DNA from: Candidatus Electronema aureum
GTDB lineage: Bacteria > Desulfobacterota > Desulfobulbia > Desulfobulbales > Desulfobulbaceae
Reading direction: 5' to 3'
Assembly: GCA_004284765.1 (NCBI GenBank)
Contig: NQJD01000009.1
Coordinates: forward strand, 1 to 32,000
Length of the DNA stretch: 32,000 nt
Part shown: positions 24,558 to 31,659 of the stretch, piece after piece
Numbering within the stretch: position 1 is the stretch's first letter
Layout of the letters: each line of letters begins with the position of its first letter
Translations under genes and position numbers: made by a program
The notes under the pieces: generated by a model
Database searches by the model: none
What the model was told of the DNA's origin: nothing
The model's input: the letters and a program-made list of their open reading frames with translations, nothing else

Positions 24558-27377
24558 ATGAGAATCTGCTCCTCGCGGCATGTCCTGCCCGCTCTATTGT
24601 TTGCTGCTTGCTGCGGGGTTCCTGCAACTGCTGCTGCCAAATTCCTGCTGGTACCTGACCAGTATCCTACTATTCATCAAGCCATTGAAGCAGCAGGCCC
24701 GAACGACACAGTTCGGGTCGCTGCCGGAACCTATGCCGATAATATCATTCTGCGGCCTAACGTAACCTTGGAAGGCGGCTGGAATGCCCAATTCAGCGAG
24801 CGAAACCCCTCCAAATATAGCACCACCATCAACGGCAGCACACGCGGCGGCTATGTCGTTGCGGGCGCAGATCAAGCGGTTGTTGACGGCTTCATCATTA
24901 CTGGCGGCGGCCCGCCCATGATGATGCCTGATGCCGATGTGGGTCCAGGCGTGTACTGCGATTCTGCTTCTTTCACGGTCAAAAATAATGTCATTACCGG
25001 CAACAAGGCAGCTGGAATTTACGCTCGTACCTGCCAACTGCTGATCACCGGCAACATCATTGCCGCCAACGGAAAAGCAGGAATTTTTATGGAGGACGGC
25101 AGCGCAGCCCAGATTAATGGCAACCTGATCACGCGCAATCTCTGGGCTGGAATCAACACCGGCGGCGAAATGCCTTCAAAGGTTGAGATCATCAATAATG
25201 CGATTCACAGTAACAAAAAAGCTGGCATCAACGTCGCATTGGCTACTGGCTTAGTCGCTAATAATCTGATATATAAAAACGGTGAAGCCGGGGTGCGCTG
25301 TGGTCTTGCTGATATGCAGATTATCAACAACACCGTGGCAGATAATGGTTTGGCTGGAGTTTCGGTAGCTGAATCTGCGCGACCAAAGTCAGAAACAATT
25401 TCTGGTAAATCATCAGAACTGAAGCTACCGATGATCAAAAACAACATCGTCACTGGCAACGGCGAGGCTGGCATCAAGTCCTTTGGTGGTGGCTACACTT
25501 ATAACATTCTCTACGGTAATAATCGAGTAGATGGCTTTTACCCTGATTTTCTCTGGTATCTACGCCTTCAGTTTGGTGGCTACGAGGATCAAGCCACGCT
25601 GGAAAAAACCAAAAATATTCTTGCTGATCCCCTTTTTGTTAATCCGGCCCAGCATGATTATCGCCTCAGACCCGGCTCTCCGGCTATTGATGGCGGCGAT
25701 CCTGCTGCGCCGTTCAACGATAAAAATTTTGGGCCATCACTTGGCTCTGATCTCAACGACATGGGTGCTTATGGCGGGCAATACACAGTGGCAGAGAACA
25801 GGCCGACGAACCAGCCACCCCAAGCCCAGATTGAGGCACTGAAAGAACAGGTCTATGCCGGAGATAAAGTGGTACTGAACGGCGCGGTCAGTATCGATCC
25901 TAATGGTGATGAAATTCGCTACGACTGGCAACTCATCGGTAAACCGATGCAGAGTATGGCAGCTCTTCAGCCACAAAAGGACGGCACTTGTCAGCTTACG
26001 GCGGATAAAGGCGGCCAGTATGCAGTACAGCTGACCGTCACTGACCGCTGGGGTTTGCAGGGCAAAACAGCGCAGCTGACCGTGAATGTGGACCCGGACA
26101 AGCCACCCACAGCCAAGATCAGCAAGCCGCACGATCCGTCCAAGCTCGGTCAAACCGTAACTCTTTCTGCCTATGACAAGAACAAGCAAAGTGGCAATGA
26201 ATTGAGCTATCTCTGGATGATAGCCAAAAAACCTGCGGCCAGCCAAGCACAGCTCTCCGCTCCGAATGCCGAGCGGCCTTCGTTTGTTGCAGATGCACCT
26301 GGTTGCTACACCCTGCGACTGACTGTCGGTAATGGCAAAAAAAACAGCGAGCCGGATACTGCCTATTTTTGCACAAAGGAAAGTCAAGTTCCGGGCAAAA
26401 GGTCAGTACCTGATGAGTATCCGACCATCCAAGCGGCCTTAGATACCGCTGAAGACGGCGATGATGTGATCGTCCAAGCAGGTACCTATAAGGAAAATAT
26501 CATCATCGACAAAGCGGTTAATTTGATCGGTGTGGGGAATCCAGTGATTGACGGCGGGGGGAAGAATGCCGACGAAGCAGCTGTTTTCGTTTGCTATCTC
26601 GACAGTAAAGCGACAGGCCGCGTTCAAGGTCTCACCGTCACTGGTGGCGGCGCGGGCCAGTTTGGCCACGGCATCCAGATTCTCAACTGCTCGCCAGAAA
26701 TTGTTGGCAACCGCATTACCGGCAACAAGCACGTAGGCGTAGGTATTCACGGACAAAAGGGCTTCACCGAGAACGCCAAAATTCATAACAACTACATCTA
26801 CGACAACGCGATTGGTGTGAGCAACGGTCTTGGCGCAGGCGGGCAAATTTATCACAATAACATCTACAACAACAAAGTGACCGGCATTGGTGTGCGCGGC
26901 TTGGCCACGCCCGTTGTGCGCAATAACGCCATTTACGGCAACTACATCGGTATTGGAGTCAGAGAAGAGGCGTATCCGACAGTTGAGGGTAATGAAATTC
27001 GTGACAATATCACCGGGATCGCAGTCAATCCGGGTACCGAAGGAGCTGCGCACTTGGGAGCCTCAGGGAGCAAAATTATCGTGCGCGGCAATATTGTCCG
27101 TAATAACCGCAAGTCTGGTATCTTTATTTCCTCGCTCAACCGGAGTGACCTTTTTGTTCAAGGCAATTCTGTTACCAGCAACGCGACAACAGAGGAAAGC
27201 AGAAGCGGCGGTGTCGTGACCGGCTATCCGCATCAATCTTTGGCGAAAGCATTTATGGACAACAACGCGGTTAGCGGTAATAATCAACGAGATATTCAGC
27301 TGTTCCATGAGCTGGGTGAATCAGCCGGAACAATAGGCAGTTCACAAGGTCGCAGACCAAATTTTCAAGGGAGGTGA
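24558..27377 (+). CDS. Exported protein with two right-handed parallel beta-helix (PbH1/NosD-like) modules separated by two PKD-like Ig domains
   Basis: Signal/lipobox-like N-terminus (LPALLFAACCG). Both halves open with VPD(Q/E)YPTIQ/H(Q/A)A(I/L)...D(T/V)(V/I)...AGTY..NII and continue with many GN.I..N...GI beta-helix repeats. The middle has two ~90-aa PKD-like repeats (...YDWQLIGKP...TVTDRWG..., ...YLWMIAKKP...). Confidence 0.85.
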   Translation: MRICSSRHVLPALLFAACCGVPATAAAKFLLVPDQYPTIHQAIEAAGPNDTVRVAAGTYADNIILRPNVTLEGGWNAQFSERNPSKYSTTINGSTRGGYVVAGADQAVVDGFIITGGGPPMMMPDADVGPGVYCDSASFTVKNNVITGNKAAGIYARTCQLLITGNIIAANGKAGIFMEDGSAAQINGNLITRNLWAGINTGGEMPSKVEIINNAIHSNKKAGINVALATGLVANNLIYKNGEAGVRCGLADMQIINNTVADNGLAGVSVAESARPKSETISGKSSELKLPMIKNNIVTGNGEAGIKSFGGGYTYNILYGNNRVDGFYPDFLWYLRLQFGGYEDQATLEKTKNILADPLFVNPAQHDYRLRPGSPAIDGGDPAAPFNDKNFGPSLGSDLNDMGAYGGQYTVAENRPTNQPPQAQIEALKEQVYAGDKVVLNGAVSIDPNGDEIRYDWQLIGKPMQSMAALQPQKDGTCQLTADKGGQYAVQLTVTDRWGLQGKTAQLTVNVDPDKPPTAKISKPHDPSKLGQTVTLSAYDKNKQSGNELSYLWMIAKKPAASQAQLSAPNAERPSFVADAPGCYTLRLTVGNGKKNSEPDTAYFCTKESQVPGKRSVPDEYPTIQAALDTAEDGDDVIVQAGTYKENIIIDKAVNLIGVGNPVIDGGGKNADEAAVFVCYLDSKATGRVQGLTVTGGGAGQFGHGIQILNCSPEIVGNRITGNKHVGVGIHGQKGFTENAKIHNNYIYDNAIGVSNGLGAGGQIYHNNIYNNKVTGIGVRGLATPVVRNNAIYGNYIGIGVREEAYPTVEGNEIRDNITGIAVNPGTEGAAHLGASGSKIIVRGNIVRNNRKSGIFISSLNRSDLFVQGNSVTSNATTEESRSGGVVTGYPHQSLAKAFMDNNAVSGNNQRDIQLFHELGESAGTIGSSQGRRPNFQGR

Positions 27378-27414
27378 ATTTACGGAGAGTAGGTATTTTT
27401 TGTCATAGCTTTAC

Positions 27415-27443
27415 TTGACAAATGCCGCTGCTTGTCGTATTCA
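27415..27443 (+). promoter_or_regulatory. Candidate promoter of Met/Gln-rich paralog 1
   Basis: TTGACA-17 nt-TATTCA. This would give a ~255-nt leader before the ATG at 27705. Confidence 0.3.
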
Positions 27444-27704
27444 ATAAAGCATGGTTTAGATTGAGGAGTGGCATATATTCTTTCATCCTGTTGACTGACA
27501 AAAAAATATACAACCCGTTAGAAAACCGCTACGATTAAATCAGATTTTGATCGGCGAGGCGGAATAGAGAGGAATGATAATGTGTTGCCGGGCGTGTGGC
27601 CAAGCGGTACGTTATTAGCCGGGCGTGAAAAGTTTACGTTCAGGCGGCAACGGATAAGGAGATGCTCCTTATTCACCTATGTTCAACATGAGGAGGAGAC
27701 AAAA

Positions 27705-28031
27705 ATGAAAGGCTTGACAATGAGATTCGTACTGGGAATGGCAGCAGCAGCTTTGGTATTTGCTGGTACCGCATCAGCTCAGAAGGCAACTGGTAATTTG
27801 AGCATTGATCCTGAAACGTTGCAGACCGTTGACCAAGCTCTGCTCAAGATGCAGCAGGATATGATCCAGAAAAATTATGCTTCTATGTTGCTGAAGCCGC
27901 AGATGATGAGCAAAATGATGGCAGAGCGCACCCCGCAGAATTTCATGCAGGGAGCCATTCAGCCGGTCATGATGCAGAAAATGCGTGATCAGATTAAACC
28001 GCAGCAGATGGGTATCATGTCCACCAGATAA
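27705..28031 (+). CDS. Met/Gln-rich secreted protein, paralog 1 (108 aa)
   Basis: AGGAGGAG RBS 7 nt upstream. Signal peptide MKGLTMRFVLGMAAAALVFAGTASA. By hand count the mature 83 aa contain 13 Met, 14 Gln, no Cys and no His. Motifs DPETLQTVDQ, KMQQDMIQ, IQPVMMQKM. Confidence 0.8.
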   Translation: MKGLTMRFVLGMAAAALVFAGTASAQKATGNLSIDPETLQTVDQALLKMQQDMIQKNYASMLLKPQMMSKMMAERTPQNFMQGAIQPVMMQKMRDQIKPQQMGIMSTR

Positions 28032-28082
28032 TAAATATCTGCTGCGTAGAGCTGCTTTCCTACTACGGGAAGCAGTCTATAG

Positions 28083-28117
28083 AAGCTGGGGATGGTATCA
28101 TCCCCAGCTTTTTTTTT
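28083..28117 (+). terminator. Rho-independent terminator after paralog 1
   Basis: 11-bp stem AAGCTGGGGAT / ATCCCCAGCTT, 6-nt loop, then a T9 run. Confidence 0.8.
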
Positions 28118-28256
28118 ATCAGCAGGCAGCATTTTTTTTCCTCACCTCATTTTTTCCATCCTGCATCATTTTTTTCTTGTCATAGCGCAGTTTGGTATCT
28201 ATCCGAATGCTCGCACAAGATATTGTTCTCCACCGATAAAAAAACGAACAGGTGAC

Positions 28257-28286
28257 CTTGACACTATCAACAGCTCTGTGCTATCC
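28257..28286 (+). promoter_or_regulatory. Candidate promoter of paralog 2
   Basis: TTGACA-18 nt-TATCCT. Shares CTTGAC(A/T)-N9-GCTCTGTGCTA with the paralog 3 upstream region at identical spacing. Confidence 0.4.
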
Positions 28287-28391
28287 TATTCTTATATGAG
28301 AAATGCTCCTGACAAAAAAGGCGAAGAGAAGAAGTAGGGAGCTAATCGCGACAAGAAAATAGCAAAACAGTTAAAAATGGGGGAGACTACA

Positions 28392-28733
28392 ATGAAGACA
28401 ATAAAGAAGGTTAAAATTAGGATTGTTCTTGGAATAGCAGCATTCGGTTCTATAATGACAGCTGGTTCTGCATCTGCATTCACCGTTGATCAAGAGATAA
28501 CAAATATGATCAACGGAATCATAGTACAGATGCAGCAACAGACAATGGCTGAATTGTATGCACAGGCACCGCTGAAGAATCAGATGCGCGGCAAGATGAT
28601 GCAAGAATTTTCTTCAAAAACAATTCTGATGAATCAGATTCAGCCGGTAATGATGGAAGCGAACCTAAAAGCAACCAAAAACGCACTGATGGAACGGATG
28701 GTTAGTAGGCCGATTCCTCTACCAGGATCATGA
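28392..28733 (+). CDS. Met/Gln-rich secreted protein, paralog 2 (113 aa)
   Basis: GGGGGAG lies 6 nt upstream of the ATG at 28392 (the ORF track starts at 28377). Signal peptide ...IAAFGSIMTAGSASA. Mature chain VQMQQQTMAELYAQAPLKNQMRGKMMQE...IQPVMMEA has no Cys or His. Confidence 0.75.
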   Translation: MKTIKKVKIRIVLGIAAFGSIMTAGSASAFTVDQEITNMINGIIVQMQQQTMAELYAQAPLKNQMRGKMMQEFSSKTILMNQIQPVMMEANLKATKNALMERMVSRPIPLPGS

Positions 28734-28770
28734 TCTGCCGATAAAAGGCAGTTGTGTTCAATATATAAAA

Positions 28771-28807
28771 TGCCGGAGAACGCCCTGAGCTTCTCCGGCA
28801 TTTTTTT
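28771..28807 (+). terminator. Rho-independent terminator after paralog 2
   Basis: 10-bp stem TGCCGGAGAA / TTCTCCGGCA, 10-nt loop, T7 run. Confidence 0.8.
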
Positions 28808-28838
28808 GTGACATTGTTTCGCAACTCATCCTGAGGGC

Positions 28839-28868
28839 TTGACTTCTCAGTCTGCTCTGTGCTACCGT
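28839..28868 (+). promoter_or_regulatory. Candidate promoter of paralog 3
   Basis: TTGACT-18 nt-TACCGT. Shares the GCTCTGTGCTA block with the paralog 2 promoter. Confidence 0.4.
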
Positions 28869-28910
28869 ACTCTTACATCTTATGAACATAATAATAAAAA
28901 AGGGGACAAA

Positions 28911-29375
28911 ATGAATATACTGAATAAAATTCGTACCAGCCTAATTTGGGGAGCTACAGCAGCAGGCCTAATCCTGACAGCAGCCCCGGCCAGTGCGCTT
29001 GAATTTGACCCAAAAACTCTGCAAACTGTTGACGAGATGATACGGAAAATGCAGCAGGAGACGATGCAGCAGCAATATGCAGCTATGCCGCTCAAAAATG
29101 AGTTGCCGGGAAAAATGATGAATAATATGTATCAGTATGCCTCAACCGCTTACCGACAGAATATTCAGCCGCAGATGGTGCAAGTGATAATCGGCAATAT
29201 GCGGCCTTGGGAGTTTCCTGGAAAATTCAAACAAGCGATGATGCCGAGCATAGTTCCGCAGGTCAGTAATCAGATCAAACAGATACAACTCCAGCAGATG
29301 CAGGAGGGAATCAACGATCCTTCGTTTCCGAACGTACCCGGCATGTTGCAGAAAACAGAAGAGCAGGTTAAATAA
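28911..29375 (+). CDS. Met/Gln-rich secreted protein, paralog 3 (154 aa; bridges short and long subtypes)
   Basis: AAGGGGA RBS. Signal peptide ...LILTAAPASA. N-terminal half resembles paralog 1 (DPKTLQTVDEMIRKMQQETMQQQY). C-terminal half resembles paralogs 4 and 5 (YRQNIQPQMVQVIIGNMRPWEFPGKFKQAMMPSIVPQVSNQIK...FPNVPG). Confidence 0.8.
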   Translation: MNILNKIRTSLIWGATAAGLILTAAPASALEFDPKTLQTVDEMIRKMQQETMQQQYAAMPLKNELPGKMMNNMYQYASTAYRQNIQPQMVQVIIGNMRPWEFPGKFKQAMMPSIVPQVSNQIKQIQLQQMQEGINDPSFPNVPGMLQKTEEQVK

Positions 29376-29405
29376 CCGTCTCTGATTTTGAAGTCGAAAA
29401 GTTGA

Positions 29406-29438
29406 AAGCCGTGCCACAAGGTGCGGCTTTTTTATTTT
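29406..29438 (+). terminator. Rho-independent terminator after paralog 3
   Basis: Stem AAGCCGTGCC / GGTGCGGCTT (two G-U pairs), loop ACAA, T-rich tail. Confidence 0.65.
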
Positions 29439-29565
29439 CAGCACGAGCTACTCGATGCACTTGCAACGTTTCTTTTATTGTGAATAAAAACAACAAGAAG
29501 GTGCAAAGGTTAGGTGTCGCTCGCTGTGGAAAGTAAAAAAAATTATACATAGTCTTGTAAAAGAC

Positions 29566-29594
29566 TTGCAAAATAATGCACAAAACGCTATGTT
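29566..29594 (+). promoter_or_regulatory. Candidate promoter of paralog 4
   Basis: TTGCAA-17 nt-TATGTT. A 6-bp inverted repeat AGTCTT-gtaa-AAGACT (29551-29566) abuts the -35. Confidence 0.3.
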
Positions 29595-29707
29595 TGTCAA
29601 ACAGGAGCAATTCTGTGCTGATGCAGGAAAAAATGGAGCTGACATGTTTTGAGAGATATCCGTTCGCGTGGTGTGGGCGGTTTTTCAAACAAGAGGAGGA
29701 GGAAAAA

Positions 29708-30469
29708 GTGAAAAAAGCAGCAATCAGATTTACAGTTGGAATTGGGCTGGCTCTTGCCGTGACCGCAGGTTCGGCAGTAGCTCAGAATGCCTCGACAAAT
29801 CCGATGGCAGGTATGGCCAGCAGCATCGCCGCAGGTATGGCCAGCAGCATGATTTCTGGTGTCAATCAGCAAGTCAGCGGCAATGTCAAGATGGACACGC
29901 TGTTCTCACCTGAGGCAGATCAGGTTGCTCAGTCTGGACCGGCATCAGTTCTGGACATCCGCCAGATGATTGAGCAGGCTGTGCAGAATATGCCACAGCA
30001 GCAGCGTGATTCGCTGGCCCAGCAGATGACTACGCAGAATCTGACTTTGCTTCAGCAGGGGTCAGCAGCGGCCAGCCAGATCAGAACGAAAGTGCGGGAC
30101 ACCATCATGACGGACCGCTACAAAAACATTTCTGCAATGGCTCCGAATCTGTACAGAAGCAATATTCAGCCTCAGATGGTACAGACCATCATCAGCAACA
30201 TCAAACCTTGGGAGCTGCCTAATCGCTTCAAGAGCAAGATGATGCCGATGATCGTTGGTCAGGTGAGCAACCAGATTAAAATGCCGCAGATCAATTTCAT
30301 GCAGGAGAACATCAATAGTGCTGAGTTCCCCAATGTGCCTGGTTTGCCGAGTGGTATGGCTGGTTCTGTACCCAACCAAATCAAAGAGCAGCAGATGCAG
30401 CAAATGCAGCAGGGCGTGATGGATCCGAATTTCATCAATCCTCAGGACCTGATGAACGGCGGTATGTAA
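29708..30469 (+). CDS. Met/Gln-rich secreted protein, paralog 4 (253 aa)
   Basis: GTG start 7 nt after AGGAGGAGGA. Signal peptide KKAAIRFTVGIGLALAVTAGSAVA. Core LDIRQMIEQAVQNMPQQQ...QNLTLLQQ...QIRTKVRDTIMTDR...YRSNIQPQMVQTIISNIKPWELPNRFKSKMMPMIVGQVSNQIK...FPNVPG. No Cys or His in the mature chain. Confidence 0.8.
   Translation: MKKAAIRFTVGIGLALAVTAGSAVAQNASTNPMAGMASSIAAGMASSMISGVNQQVSGNVKMDTLFSPEADQVAQSGPASVLDIRQMIEQAVQNMPQQQRDSLAQQMTTQNLTLLQQGSAAASQIRTKVRDTIMTDRYKNISAMAPNLYRSNIQPQMVQTIISNIKPWELPNRFKSKMMPMIVGQVSNQIKMPQINFMQENINSAEFPNVPGLPSGMAGSVPNQIKEQQMQQMQQGVMDPNFINPQDLMNGGM
29807..29850 (+). repeat. Tandem 24-bp duplication inside paralog 4 (AGMASSIA / AGMASSMI)
   Basis: GCAGGTATGGCCAGCAGCAT occurs at 29807-29826 and again at 29831-29850; the 20 nt are identical and the period is 24 nt. 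Confidence 0.9.
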
Positions 30470-30496
30470 GCTGAAACGCAGTCTTTGTTAAGCTTG

Positions 30497-30534
30497 AAGC
30501 CGGAGACGCGAGGAGTGTCTTCGGCTTTTATTTT
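30497..30534 (+). terminator. Rho-independent terminator after paralog 4
   Basis: 11-bp stem AAGCCGGAGAC / GTCTTCGGCTT (one G-U pair), 9-nt loop, then TTTTATTTT. Confidence 0.7.
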
Positions 30535-30652
30535 GATAGCGGAGCAGTTGAAAAAATTTTACAAACTTGGCAAAAATTGCTATTTTAAAGAGTAGTCGTA
30601 TTTTATGGGAAGAGGAGCTGGTGGAATTATGAAAAAACGAGGAGAGAAAGGG

Positions 30653-31633
30653 ATGAAGAAGACAATCAAAGTTGCGTTGGGTCTGTCCGTTATCTGTTTG
30701 GTAGCAGCAGGTTCAGCTTGGGCTGGCGGCAGTAATCCGGGCGATATGGGTATGGGCAATGTAGGCGTAAACCCCATGATGGGCGGCATGAACCCGATGA
30801 GCAGTGGCTTCAACATGCCCGTTAATCCCAATTCGTTGGCTGGCACCTATGCAGGAGCGGGCGTTCAGTCAGGCTACGGCGGTGGAATGCCGGGCGGCAT
30901 TGGAATGGGTGGAACCATGCCGGGCAACAGTGGAATGCAGCAGCAGGGTGGGATGCCTATGCTCGACCTGCGGCAAGTGGTTATGCAGGGCATTCAGACA
31001 CTACCGCAGCAGCAGCAGTACAACGGGGCAATCGGCATGGCCAATCAGAATCTGTCCCTGCTGAATCAAAGCATGGGGAACGGCATGTCTCCGGTCAATC
31101 AGATTCGGTACAGCGTGCGGGATCAAATCATGACCAATCGCGTCAACGATATCTCCCGGATGGGCCAAGCCACTTTCAGGCCGATGATTCAGCCCGGTGC
31201 CGTACAGAGCATGATCAGCCAAATTCAGCCGTGGAATTTCCCCTACCGCTTCCAAAGTGCCATGATGCCTGCCATGATTCCTATGGTTAGTTCGCCAATC
31301 AAGCAGCAGCAGATGGCTTTCATGCAGAACGGCATCATGAGTCAAGGTTTTCCCAATGTTCAGCTGCCGATGCCTGCTTTTGGGCCTCAAGGCATGTACA
31401 ATAACATGATGCCAAATAATCAAGGGATGATGAATGGCGGCATGATGCAGCAGGGCGGAATGATGAACAACGGTGGATATTACCCATCAATGAATGGTGG
31501 CATGATGATGGGTAATGGTATGATGCCGGGTAACCAAGGCATGTATAACAATGGAATGCCTGGTGGAATGGGAATGGGTGGTATGATGGGTGGCAGCATG
31601 ATGCCGGGCGGTCAGGGCATGTACGGCTACTGA
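30653..31633 (+). CDS. Met/Gln/Gly-rich secreted protein, paralog 5 (326 aa) with Gly/Met low-complexity N- and C-terminal regions
   Basis: GGAGAG lies 6 nt upstream of the ATG at 30653 (alternative starts 30629 and 30605). Signal peptide MKKTIKVALGLSVICLVAAGSAWA. Core is homologous to paralog 4 (LDLRQVVMQGIQTLPQQQQ...QNLSLLNQ...QIRYSVRDQIMTNR...IQPGAVQSMISQIQPWNFPYRFQSAMMPAMIPMVSSPIK...FPNV). Flanks resemble GGMNPM... and ...GGMMQQGGMMNNGG...GMGMGGMMGGSMMPGGQGMYGY. Confidence 0.8.
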   Translation: MKKTIKVALGLSVICLVAAGSAWAGGSNPGDMGMGNVGVNPMMGGMNPMSSGFNMPVNPNSLAGTYAGAGVQSGYGGGMPGGIGMGGTMPGNSGMQQQGGMPMLDLRQVVMQGIQTLPQQQQYNGAIGMANQNLSLLNQSMGNGMSPVNQIRYSVRDQIMTNRVNDISRMGQATFRPMIQPGAVQSMISQIQPWNFPYRFQSAMMPAMIPMVSSPIKQQQMAFMQNGIMSQGFPNVQLPMPAFGPQGMYNNMMPNNQGMMNGGMMQQGGMMNNGGYYPSMNGGMMMGNGMMPGNQGMYNNGMPGGMGMGGMMGGSMMPGGQGMYGY

Positions 31634-31659
31634 TCAAGAGCAAATTGATCGACTCCACC

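Noticed and set aside
25737-27053. Minus-strand ORFs 25737-26387 (216 aa) and 26439-27053 (204 aa) inside the beta-helix gene
   Set aside because: They are antisense shadows. The plus-strand frame shows regular beta-helix and PKD repeats and a signal peptide.
27582-27704. ORF-track N-terminal extensions of the Met/Gln-rich genes (27582, 28377, 28839, 29576, 30605)
   Set aside because: In each case an internal start directly preceded by a strong Shine-Dalgarno yields a canonical signal peptide at the very N-terminus. The extensions would bury the signal peptide.
28092-28337. 81-aa plus-strand ORF in the spacer between paralogs 1 and 2
   Set aside because: It begins inside the terminator hairpin of paralog 1, has no RBS, reads through poly-T/low-complexity sequence, and contains the candidate promoter of paralog 2.
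27705-31633. Assigning the Met/Gln-rich proteins outright to the Spy/CpxP/ZraP (LTxxQ) family or to SilE/PcoE-type metal binders
   Set aside because: The only resemblances are compositional (Met-rich, Gly/Met tail) and a loose L-D-x-R-Q match. SilE/PcoE rely on His, which is absent here. I kept these as hypotheses only and not as annotations.
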